Source: a virus (Duplodnaviria > Caudoviricetes). Taken from it: a DNA stretch of 64,000 nucleotides. The notes beneath the pieces were generated by a model, which was not told the origin of the DNA, made no database searches, and saw only the letters and a program-made list of their open reading frames with translations. The stretch's first letter is position 1; the number at the start of each line of letters is the position of its first letter. Shown one piece after another: positions 19,402-28,475 of this stretch. The translations under genes and the position numbers were made by a program. Location: IMG/VR virus record IMGVR_UViG_3300020050_006168, positions 1 to 64,000 of that record. One strand, given 5' to 3'.

Positions 19402-21776
19402 TGTTAACGCTACCTGTAATTCCTTTACGTGACCTTATTGTATTTCCTACAACAATGGTTCCCTTGTACGTAGGTAGAGATAAGAGCGTTCAGGCCCTAC
19501 AACACGCAATGGGTGAAAAAACTCAAATTCTTCTTCTTACGCAAAAGATCGCTAAAGATCAAGATCCAACTGCTGAGTCTTTAAATACAATTGGTACTGT
19601 TGTTGAAATTGTTCAAAGTATTAATTTTCCAGACATGACTATGAAAGTTATTGTTCAAGGTATGTTTACCGCTAGGGTAAAACGTTTTAAACAAAACGAC
19701 CGATTCTTAGAAGTTGAATGTGAACAGATTTTAAAAGAAGAACCTTCTGATATTGAAATCCGTGCTGGTATGAAATCTGTGTCAGAGACAATTGAAGAGT
19801 TAGCCAGATATGACAAAAAGATTACACCAGAATTACTAGCACAAGTGAATGCCGCCACTGATTGGCAAGATCTTGTTTACATTGTTGCAGCAAATCTGAA
19901 CATTAAACTTGAAGCTAAGCAAGAAATTCTAGAAATTAATTCAGGTAAAGACATATTTGATAAACTATTATCCGTTATTCTTGGTGAACTTGAAGTCATT
20001 AAAGTAGAAAAAAAGATCCAAACTAGAATTAAAAAATCAGTTGAGCGATCACAAAAAGAATATTATTTAAATGAACAGCTTGAGGCAATTCAAAAAGAAC
20101 TTGGCGGTAAGGACGATCTTGGGCAAGAATTAGACGAATTGTTAGAAAAAGCTAAGCATAAAAAACTTTCTACTGAGGCTTTGGCTAAAGTGACTAAAGA
20201 GATTAAAAAACTCAAGCTCATGTCACCAATGTCAGCAGAGTCTACTGTTGTTAGAAATTACGTAGAGACTTTGTTATCACTTCCTTGGGAAGATTACTCT
20301 GACGAACAACGTGATATTACAATTGCTGAAGAAATTCTTAATCGCGACCACTTTGGTCTAGAGAAAGTAAAAGAACGCATCCTAGAACAACTAGCTGTGC
20401 TACAATTAAACGATAAAGCTAAGGGTGCTATTGTTTGTTTATCGGGACCTCCGGGTGTTGGTAAGACTTCTTTGGCTAAATCAATTGCTGAGGCTCAGAA
20501 TCGTCCATTTGTTCGCATTAGTTTGGGTGGAGTTAAGGACGAATCAGAGATTCGCGGCCACAGACGAACTTATGTGGGTGCAATGCCTGGAAAAATTATT
20601 CAGGCGTTTAAAAAAGCTGACAAAGGTAACCCACTAATCCTTCTTGATGAAATTGATAAGATGTCATCAGACTATAAGGGAGATCCAGCGAGTGCGATGT
20701 TAGAAGTTCTTGACCCAGAACAAAACTCTACGTTTCAAGATCATTACATTGATATTGAATATGATTTGTCTAAGGTTTTATTCTTTGCAACAGCAAATTA
20801 TATCCAGAACATTCCTAAACCATTGTTAGATCGCATGGAAATTATCAAGCTTGACGGCTATACACCAAAAGAAAAATTTGAGATTGCTAAAAAGTATTTA
20901 ATTCCTAAAGAAATTACCGCAACAGGTCTTGATAATATTAAAATTACATTCAAAGACGACGCTTTACAATTCTTAATTGAATCATATACACGAGAAGCTG
21001 GCGTAAGAAGCCTTGAGCGCACAATTGGTAAAGTATTTCGCAAGATTGCTAGAAAAGCTGTGTCATTAAAAACCGCTAAGATGAAGGGTTTTGTTATTGG
21101 CAAGAAAACTATTGAAGAAATGCTTGGTAACGAACGTATGACGCCAACACTTACGGCAAAAACCGATCAGATTGGTGTTGTAAACGGCATGGCTTGGACT
21201 GAATCTGGTGGGGACCTACTTCCTATTGAGGTTCTTATGATGCCAGGTAAGGGCAATATGCAAGTAACGGGCCAACTTGGTGAGGTTATGCAGGAATCTG
21301 CTAAGATTGCCATGAGCTACGTGCGAAGCCGCGCAAGCTTGTTTGGTATTGATAAAGGTTTTTTTGAAAAAAATGACCTAGCTGCTCACGTTCCAGATGG
21401 CTCTACACCAAAAGATGGACCAAGTGCTGGTATTGCATTGACAACCGCTATTGTTTCTGCTATAACTAAGATTCCGGTTAAGCGCCTAGTGGCAATGACC
21501 GGGGAAGTAAGCTTGACTGGTAAGGTAATGCCTATCGGTGGCTTAAAAGAAAAGGTTATGGCAGCACACAGAGCCGGGGTTAAGATGATTATCTGTCCTA
21601 AAGAAAATGAAAAAGATATTAAAGATATTCCTCAGGATGTTGTTAGTGATCTTGAATTCTTTTTTGCAGAACATGTTGATGAGGTTCTTGTCCGAGCACT
21701 GGCGATTAAGTCACCGAAGGATTTGTTCAAATTAAATAACGATAAAGAATATTCTATTAGGAGTCGATATGAGTAA
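19401..21776 (+). CDS. lon: ATP-dependent Lon protease (LonA, full length)
   Basis: N-domain 'LPVIPLRDLIVFP', Walker A 'GPPGVGKTS', Walker B 'LLDEIDK', 'RGHRRTYVGAMPG', catalytic Ser 'PKDGPSAG' and Lys 'IGGLKEK'. Confidence 0.97.
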   Translation: MLTLPVIPLRDLIVFPTTMVPLYVGRDKSVQALQHAMGEKTQILLLTQKIAKDQDPTAESLNTIGTVVEIVQSINFPDMTMKVIVQGMFTARVKRFKQNDRFLEVECEQILKEEPSDIEIRAGMKSVSETIEELARYDKKITPELLAQVNAATDWQDLVYIVAANLNIKLEAKQEILEINSGKDIFDKLLSVILGELEVIKVEKKIQTRIKKSVERSQKEYYLNEQLEAIQKELGGKDDLGQELDELLEKAKHKKLSTEALAKVTKEIKKLKLMSPMSAESTVVRNYVETLLSLPWEDYSDEQRDITIAEEILNRDHFGLEKVKERILEQLAVLQLNDKAKGAIVCLSGPPGVGKTSLAKSIAEAQNRPFVRISLGGVKDESEIRGHRRTYVGAMPGKIIQAFKKADKGNPLILLDEIDKMSSDYKGDPASAMLEVLDPEQNSTFQDHYIDIEYDLSKVLFFATANYIQNIPKPLLDRMEIIKLDGYTPKEKFEIAKKYLIPKEITATGLDNIKITFKDDALQFLIESYTREAGVRSLERTIGKVFRKIARKAVSLKTAKMKGFVIGKKTIEEMLGNERMTPTLTAKTDQIGVVNGMAWTESGGDLLPIEVLMMPGKGNMQVTGQLGEVMQESAKIAMSYVRSRASLFGIDKGFFEKNDLAAHVPDGSTPKDGPSAGIALTTAIVSAITKIPVKRLVAMTGEVSLTGKVMPIGGLKEKVMAAHRAGVKMIICPKENEKDIKDIPQDVVSDLEFFFAEHVDEVLVRALAIKSPKDLFKLNNDKEYSIRSRYE

Positions 21777-22134
21777 AAAAGTAACAGCACTATCAAAACA
21801 AACTGAGAAGTTAGCAAAAGAAATGTTAGATGAAGTAAAAAACATTAAAGACTTTGCTAAAGAAGAACTTCCTGTTGTCGCTAAGGAGTATGTTAGTTAT
21901 AGAACCGTATCTTCTGGTATTATGCTTATTCTCAGTATTATAGGACTTGGTGTTTCTGGGTGTCTTTTAACTGGTGGTTTAGCTAGTGAGAGTGATTTTG
22001 ATCCACGAACTTTAATTGGTGGTATCGGGGTTCTTGTTTGTTTTATTGCAACTTGTGTTAATGGTGATCTGTATTTGGAAGTAAAACTCCAACCACGTAG
22101 AACCGCAATTAAAGCTATTACCTCATTATTTTAG
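21769..22134 (+). CDS. hypothetical membrane protein
   Basis: Two hydrophobic segments; coupled to lon stop. Confidence 0.55.
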   Translation: MSKKVTALSKQTEKLAKEMLDEVKNIKDFAKEELPVVAKEYVSYRTVSSGIMLILSIIGLGVSGCLLTGGLASESDFDPRTLIGGIGVLVCFIATCVNGDLYLEVKLQPRRTAIKAITSLF

Positions 22135-22136
22135 GA

Positions 22137-22400
22137 GTGAACATGAGTAATTTAATTTTAGGATTGTGCTTTGTGTTGGCTGGGTGTTCTTTTAATAGTT
22201 CTTATACTAAATGTTTGAACTCCGTAAATAATGTAAGAGTTCACGATATCCTTAACATAAGGAATGGTTTATATCGGGATTGCACAATGGACGTTTACAA
22301 TAGAACTTTAGTTGGATTTAGTGGTTATATTACTTGTAAAGATAAATCTGAGGGATATGTATCTATTCGAGCTAATGAAGTTCTTCAGGAGTGTAAATGA
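22137..22400 (+). CDS. putative lipoprotein
   Basis: Lipobox 'LAGC' after a hydrophobic stretch. Confidence 0.6.
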   Translation: MNMSNLILGLCFVLAGCSFNSSYTKCLNSVNNVRVHDILNIRNGLYRDCTMDVYNRTLVGFSGYITCKDKSEGYVSIRANEVLQECK

Positions 22401-22648
22401 ATAAATCTTCCTTGATAAATGCTGCGACGCTAACGCTCGTCTCGCTGGCCGCGATTTCTTGTTCTAATGATAAAAGTCCTATTACGGTGCGTTACAGTAA
22501 TAATATAAACATAGTAATTACTGAATGTAAAAATAGTAGGGAAACCGTTACTTCAGCATTTGCATTTGAATGTGACAATGGTGCTACTTATAAGAGCAAT
22601 TCGGTATTACAATATTCTACCGGTGAAAGAGTGATGTTTTTTCCATAA
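22397..22648 (+). CDS. putative lipoprotein
   Basis: 'LVSLAAISC-SND' lipobox-like. Confidence 0.5.
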   Translation: MNKSSLINAATLTLVSLAAISCSNDKSPITVRYSNNINIVITECKNSRETVTSAFAFECDNGATYKSNSVLQYSTGERVMFFP

Positions 22649-23399
22649 TGAAATCTAATTATACAAAACCCAAATGGGCCTTATATCAAAATAATATTGT
22701 TGTTCATAAGCATCTTTCTGATTTTGAACAGATTCAAAATCTTGAACAAGCTATGGGTAGTATTACTTCTGTATTTAATCCATTTACTGGTGAAGTAGAA
22801 CTAAGACAATATCCTCCTGGTGGAATAGTATATAATCCATCAATAGGATCTGATTACGGAAACTATATTATGACTGAACATGGAGCTATGCCGGTTAGAT
22901 TCACTCAAAGACAATTAGAGGAATCTAATTATAATTTATTTAATCATATACCACCCGGCTATGAAGTAAGACAAGATATTCATTCAGATAATTATATTAT
23001 AATTCCTAGACCACCAAGATCTAGACCAGAACCAGAAATTAGACGGCCCAGTTTATTGCGACGAATAATTGATTTTTGTTGGTTCACATGACAGATCTAA
23101 TTCAACTATTCATTAATAATGGTGGAGGAGACTTCACCATTAGTAAATCAGATCGTATATCTTGGTTGACATACTCCAGTATGAAAAAAGAAGACTTCCG
23201 TCAGCTTGAAGAGCTTGGCTTTGTATTCCATAAACGAACTAAACGTACCAAGGTCGGAGAAGAAGTTCGGGGAAGGGTAGTCCCATTCTTATATTTCTTT
23301 AAAAAACTAGTTGACAAAAAAGTCATACCGTTGTATAAAGAAGAGGATGAGATCGTAATGAAAGCTCGTCCAAAGAAACCAACTCTTGGAACTTTATGA
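22648..23399 (+). other. two hypothetical CDS (22648-23091, ~23088-23399)
   Basis: ORF track; no family recognised. Confidence 0.5.
23311..23339 (+). promoter_or_regulatory. sigma70-type promoter
   Basis: TTGACA-17 bp-TATAAA. Confidence 0.55.
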
Positions 23400-23938
23400 A
23401 TGTTTGCTCACTAGATCTAGAAATGAACCAACCATCTGATACAATCATACAGATTGGTATTTGTATTGGTTCAACTAGAACTGGTGAAATTCATGTTAAG
23501 CGTCAATGGAATATTTACACAGAAGAAGTAATAGCTCCATTCATTACACAACTCACTGGTGTAACACAAGAAGATGTAGCCGCTGGTGTTTCCTTACTTG
23601 GAGCATATAATGAACTAGGTGAACTATACAAACAATATGACTGTTCTCTTAACTTCATATCATGGGGAGGCGGAGATAGCCAACTACTTAGATCGCAACT
23701 GCCTGAAGGAACCAAGTGGCTTTATGGCAAACGTTGGTTTGATGTTAAGACCTTATACCAAGCTTTTATTCTTGGAGCAGAGCGCCCAATCTCACCAAGA
23801 GCCGGACTTGCTAAAGCAATGATAAAGACTGGCCTTAAATTTAATGGAACAAAGCACACAGCTATGGATGATGCAACCAACACATTCCTACTTATGAAAC
23901 ATTTACTTGACAAACTTCCAAAGGATGTAATACGATGA
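23396..23938 (+). CDS. DEDDh 3'-5' exonuclease (ERI-1/KapD-like)
   Basis: ExoI 'SLDLEM', ExoII 'SWGGGDS', ExoIII 'HTAMDDA'. Confidence 0.85.
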   Translation: MNVCSLDLEMNQPSDTIIQIGICIGSTRTGEIHVKRQWNIYTEEVIAPFITQLTGVTQEDVAAGVSLLGAYNELGELYKQYDCSLNFISWGGGDSQLLRSQLPEGTKWLYGKRWFDVKTLYQAFILGAERPISPRAGLAKAMIKTGLKFNGTKHTAMDDATNTFLLMKHLLDKLPKDVIR

Positions 23939-24082
23939 AAAAAGAAACACTACTAATGGCAACAGTCGCTTTAGCTTCTATTGCAACAGCTACAGCTCTA
24001 TTGGGTTTTGCTGGTCAGGCATTACCTTTTGGCCTACTGTCTATCGTCACATATCTAGTTGCAATCCAAACAAAGGTTTAAT

Positions 24083-24433
24083 ATGAATAAAGATAAATAC
24101 ATTGAATTTGTAAAATCGATTGAAAAGCCAGCAGATACCATTAGCCTAGATGCTCAGCATAAACGATTGATCCATGCATCCCTAGGTATGGCTGGTGAAA
24201 CAGGCGAGACTGTAGATCTAATTAAGAAACACGTCATGTACGGTAAAGAACTAGATAACACTAAAGTAATTGAAGAATGCGGAGACATCCTGTATTACAT
24301 GGCTGTACTCCTAGACTCAGTTGGTAGCAATATTGATGAGGCTGTTGAGAAGAACTATGAGAAGCTGTCTCGTAGATATTACAAAGGCTCTTACAGTAAT
24401 GATCAAGCAATTGGTCGAGCGGATAAGACATGA
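24083..24433 (+). CDS. MazG-like nucleotide pyrophosphohydrolase
   Basis: 'LGMAGETGETVDLIKKH...EECGDILYY...N..KL..RY'. Confidence 0.9.
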   Translation: MNKDKYIEFVKSIEKPADTISLDAQHKRLIHASLGMAGETGETVDLIKKHVMYGKELDNTKVIEECGDILYYMAVLLDSVGSNIDEAVEKNYEKLSRRYYKGSYSNDQAIGRADKT

Positions 24434-26071
24434 GTGTAATTACTACAACCGCAGGATTTGGTATTGTGCTGGCTGCTACTGGTGGAATGAAATCATGTTC
24501 ACATCCATCCTATGAAGTCGGGGATTGCCTGTATTCAGTACAAAACGATATGAACGGAAATCCTCAACCATTTAAAGATATCGTTATTAAGATCACAGAA
24601 AAAAATTCTGAGGATTACTATTACACTTATGTCATGCTTGACGGGGTGCGTATTGAAGGTAATCTAATTAACCATGAACATAGCTTTGTTGAGAACACAA
24701 GCTTGTTTGTAAAAGGAGTGTGCCCATGAAATATTTATGCTTAGACCAAGCTCACTGCTCTATTGCAGTACTTAATGCACCAGATATTGAGATTGCAGCC
24801 AGTACCTTTAGAGAGATATTTTCTTTTAGTGTAGACATGAACGTGTTATGTTTTCCAATTGACGATGGTCAGTTGTTCTTTAACCTACAACAACCTATGG
24901 TATACTCAATTCCTTCTGGAGGTAACCTATGAGCTTAACAACAGGTCTTATTGTTGGATTAGGTTTAGCCGGTGGTCTTGGTGGTGTAAGTATGTGTTCA
25001 AAGCCACAAGTACCTAAGTATCAAGTGGGCGACTGTGTTCGTCATGTTGATAGCTTTGGAGAATACGATTCTAACGTAGTTAGAAGAATCACTAAGATGA
25101 ATGATACCGATTACGGTGTTATTGTATACCTATCTAGTGGCCATGAATACAAAGACACTAGCGATATCAGAATGACTGATAAGTACTATGGCAAGGTGTC
25201 ATGTCCATGAATATAACGCTATTAGCATATATTATATTTCAAATTATTGTTTCAGTATTTGTACTTAGAAACATTAAGAAACACGAGTACTCAGCGAGTG
25301 CTGCCAGTAAGATACTTAGTTTATCCGTAGTACCTGGACTTAACCTATTAATTCTATACATGGCAATAAAGGAAGAACTATGACAATAGCTGTTGTATGT
25401 AAGAACCAAGCAACATTTAGACGATATAAGAAAGCTCACCCAACCGACACTTGTGTCCATGTGTGGGAAGATTACGGAGTTGTAGCCGGAGTTGAGATAG
25501 ATAGCATCGTGATCCTACAGGCACACAGTGATATGCACTATTTAATTAACCGAATCCTAGTTCCTAGATTGCCTAGACAATACCGATATATACCAAGATA
25601 TGAACTAGAGCGACCTGAGGTAGCCGAGGGCGGAGCTACACTAGTAACCTACGCTACCCTTCAAGCGGCAGTTGATACAGACGTGACTCAAGCTACTGTT
25701 CCCCAAGGCTATGTGACATACAACGGAGATGATCAATGATTTACGGATATAAAACAGCAAAGCTATTAGAAAAGACTAGAGATGAAAACCGACAAGAAGA
25801 TAGGAACGCAGCTATACTTAGAACATTGACAACGACTATTTTACTTGTGTCAGCTTTGTTCTTATTTGGGTGTAGTAACAACTATGACCTTATGCTTAAA
25901 CAAAGTTCTACAGATACAGCTAATGCTATTTGTAATGATAAGGTTGAAATGTACTTAGTAGAAACCGATGGGTCTATTGTACTACGTTGTAAAGACGGTA
26001 GAGAATTTTACATAGATGCGTCTAAATTTTTATCAATCAATCCGAATAAACCTAAGCAGTATTATAAATAG
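24430..26071 (+). other. cluster of small membrane/lipoprotein-like CDS (24430-24729, ~24726-24932, 24929-25210, ~25207-25383, 25380-25739, 25736-26071)
   Basis: 24430 and 24929 are paralogue-like (Gly-rich hydrophobic N-terminus, Cys, then 'Y(E/Q)VGDC'); 25736 has 'LFGC' lipobox. Confidence 0.55.
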
Positions 26072-26081
26072 GTTATTAAAT

Positions 26082-26282
26082 ATGGAAGATAAAAAATTAT
26101 CCCGGTTTATTAAACTGGGCTGGGAACTGCTTGAGCATAAATGCCGCTACTACGTTCTTAGCCGGCCTACGATTCAAGACTATGATTACGACATGCTGGA
26201 GAAAGAATATGATGCTTTGGCAGATGAGCTGGGGCTACCTAACAGCGTAATACGTCCCTTAATGATGAACCGAGGTTATTAA
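26082..26282 (+). CDS. stand-alone NAD-dependent DNA ligase domain Ia-like protein
   Basis: 'LLEHKCRYYVLSRPTIQDYDYDMLEKEY' matches the LigA N-terminal H..RYY...P.I.D..YD.L pattern; no ligase core follows. Confidence 0.65.
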   Translation: MEDKKLSRFIKLGWELLEHKCRYYVLSRPTIQDYDYDMLEKEYDALADELGLPNSVIRPLMMNRGY

Positions 26283-26286
26283 CTAT

Positions 26287-26688
26287 ATGTTCCTAATAAA
26301 ATTTAGTCATGGTGTAGAAGTTGGTGCCTATAATGCTTATATGGGCCACTACGCGGTCACCAAGGACCCAGTGGTGCTTGCCATTGCTCAACAGGAATGG
26401 GAGCATATGAATGCCTTATGCGACATCCTGGAAGAGAACGGGGAGCGCCCTAGCTGGCTTATTTCAGGATTGTTCTGGTTGATTGGTACCACCGTGATGC
26501 TCTTGTGCCATGTGTCACCTAGATTCATGCTAAACCGGATAGCCCGCCTTTTAGAGCTATTTGCTGTATTTAATTATGAAATGCTAGCAGAGCACTATCC
26601 TAAATACAGGGTGCAGTTTTTAGAGATGGCTGTTACGGAACGTGACCATGAACAATATTTTGCCGGTGCTGGGGTTATTAAGTCATAA
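26287..26688 (+). CDS. Coq7/demethoxyubiquinone hydroxylase-like ferritin-fold di-iron protein
   Basis: Ligand spacing E (HGVEVGA..AY.GH), ExxH (EWEH), E (LLELFA), ExxH (ERDH), plus conserved 'RP'. Confidence 0.65.
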   Translation: MFLIKFSHGVEVGAYNAYMGHYAVTKDPVVLAIAQQEWEHMNALCDILEENGERPSWLISGLFWLIGTTVMLLCHVSPRFMLNRIARLLELFAVFNYEMLAEHYPKYRVQFLEMAVTERDHEQYFAGAGVIKS

Positions 26689-26943
26689 ATTGAAAAATTG
26701 TATGTCTTGCAGTATATCAATGTCATTCACATAAAATAACTCCTACCCCCCCATGGCTCGAACTGATCATCCTAGACTATAGACATACACCATAGACATG
26801 GCTCGCGTGTCGGCTAACTTGCTGTGCAACTTTTACTCGGTGTCAATCGACCAGACACTTGCTGATATTCCTGAGTGATTCCGAGGGGTTCGGTTGCATT
26901 CGGCCTCATATATTGTGTGAAAGTTTTGCACCGTGAAATCGGC

Positions 26944-26979
26944 TAAGTGCTTGAAATCACTGGTGGCACGGTCGCTGCA
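26944..26979 (+). promoter_or_regulatory. sigma54 (-24/-12) promoter with adjacent IHF-like site
   Basis: TGGCACGGTCGCTGCA at 26964-26979 (GG...GC with 10-nt spacing); TAAGTGCTTGAAA at 26944-26956 reads TTTCAAGCACTTA on the minus strand, 12/13 match to WATCAANNNNTTR. Confidence 0.6.
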
Positions 26980-27067
26980 TCGAGTGTTTGCAACCGAGGT
27001 CGCAGCTAGCATGGTGCTGGCTATGTACCACGGTCAACGGGCATTGACCCATACCAAGGAGTATATC

Positions 27068-27442
27068 ATGACAAACACTACTAAACAACCAGCTAACTGG
27101 ATTCATAGCTTTAACGTCGAGGGAGGTAGAGTATACGTCTCTGACAAGGGCGCTCTTAAGCTAGTTACTATCCAGCCTAATGGCATGGAGAGATTCTTAA
27201 TGTGTCTTATGCCTGCACAAGCTACATTCCTAGCTAATGCAGCAGGGGACATTGGCAACTTCCTAGTCTCTGACGAGTACAAGGCTATTGAACACAACAA
27301 AGAACTTAACAAGGAAAAGAACAAGATCTCGAAGCAAATGGAAACAGAAAAAGCTAAGGCATTGCGTACTGCTCAGGCTGCCATTGAGGCATTACAGCGC
27401 TTAGGAGTTAGCGTTGATCTTGCTAAGGTATCTGGACAGTAA
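27068..27442 (+). CDS. hypothetical early protein (124 aa)
   Basis: RBS AAGGAG before ATG 27068; beta-strand N-half and coiled-coil C-half; ends in SGQ. Confidence 0.65.
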   Translation: MTNTTKQPANWIHSFNVEGGRVYVSDKGALKLVTIQPNGMERFLMCLMPAQATFLANAAGDIGNFLVSDEYKAIEHNKELNKEKNKISKQMETEKAKALRTAQAAIEALQRLGVSVDLAKVSGQ

Positions 27443-27539
27443 TCAGGGCTTAGTTAGGGGATATTTTGAATGAGCCAGTATGGAAGCTGGCTTCTTCGCT
27501 AATGTATCCTAACGATACAGAATAACAAAGGCGGGTATT

Positions 27540-27752
27540 GTGAACAACTTTCAAACAAAGTGTGTTACGGCGTTCTTTGATCTGAAGTCAAAGGACCCTA
27601 AAGTAACCAGGATTGCTATTATTAATCTACCAAAGCCAGGCGTGGCTGTAGAATTAGTCAATGGTGATAAAGTATTTTATACAATGGCGGCCATTATGGA
27701 CCCAATTGAGCGGTTATTACTGGCACCAAAGTCTAGAATAACAGCCCAATAA
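27540..27752 (+). CDS. hypothetical early protein
   Basis: ORF track; GTG start. Confidence 0.5.
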   Translation: MNNFQTKCVTAFFDLKSKDPKVTRIAIINLPKPGVAVELVNGDKVFYTMAAIMDPIERLLLAPKSRITAQ

Positions 27753-27789
27753 GGCAGCGGTGTGGCTTAAAACGATTATATTCGAGATG

Positions 27790-27986
27790 AAGGTATATGT
27801 GCATATATTCAGCACCCTACCTTTAATAATCTCATTCTAGGATTAGACAGCCAGTCTCATCCTGGTCCCTATAGCGCATTTAGCTCGTACTGTCCAACGG
27901 TAGCGGCGTTCACTAGCGTGAATCGCTTTGCGGTCTTATAGGGTACCTCTTTATCCAACCCCGTTATATTAGTTATAGCGGGTTTT
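27790..27986 (+). ncRNA. candidate structured RNA ending in a terminator-like hairpin
   Basis: Nested stems CCCTATAG/TTATAGGG, CGCA/TGCG, TACTGT/ACGGTA, TTCAC/GTGAA; 3' hairpin 27957-27984 followed by T-run; no long ORF. Confidence 0.35.
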
Positions 27987-28018
27987 CGTCTCATTCTTTC
28001 GACAAAAGGAGAAAGAAC

Positions 28019-28150
28019 ATGGTGTCCGCGATTATTTACTTTACCTATGGATCATTACATAAAATCTATGATTCAACAGCCGATATGATGCAAGACATGG
28101 CCCGTCTCAAAAGAGATGGCTTTGATATCGTATCATACGAGTTCGAATAA
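28019..28150 (+). CDS. small hypothetical protein (43 aa)
   Basis: Strong RBS AAAGGAG; MVSAIIYFTYGSLHKIYDSTADMMQDMARLKRDGFDIVSYEFE*. Confidence 0.55.
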   Translation: MVSAIIYFTYGSLHKIYDSTADMMQDMARLKRDGFDIVSYEFE

Positions 28151-28320
28151 GGGTATAAAGGCCATGGTTATTACTGCTAATATACTCTACAATCGTACAT
28201 TAGCATGAAAGGATTGTTATGGCACTTGTGTTATCTACAGTGTTTATAAGCGTTATATACGGTTTGACACCCGCGATTATATTCTTAGGAATCTTTATCG
28301 TGGTTGCATTGGTACTTAAT

Positions 28321-28475
28321 ATCTGAACTACAGACGTAAGTTCATTAGATTAGGAATAGCCGGTTTCTTAAAGGTGGCAGGATTTAACACAGTCCTGTAG
28401 CGAATCTATAGGGTTCTAGGTGAGGATTACCAGCCTAATAGATCAGAATGGCCGCCTTGATATGTAGAACTATTA
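28321..28475 (+). ncRNA. candidate structured RNA
   Basis: Multibranch fold AAGGTGG/CCGCCTT enclosing CAGGAT/GTCCTG and ATCTA/TAGAT + TAGG/CCTA; flanked by further hairpins; intergenic. Confidence 0.3.

Noticed and set aside
19401-21776. lon as evidence of host chromosome or prophage boundary
   Set aside because: Both neighbours are small phage-type ORFs with overlapping start/stop codons; no clpX, hupB or other host synteny
26933-27067. N-terminal extension of the 169-aa ORF
   Set aside because: It overlaps the sigma54/IHF elements and UTR hairpins; a strong RBS precedes ATG 27068
27790-28475. Known self-cleaving ribozymes or common riboswitches in the structured regions
   Set aside because: No CUGAUGA/GAAA hammerhead core or recognisable twister, pistol, TPP, SAM or c-di-GMP consensus found by eye; an Rfam scan is needed for a definitive answer
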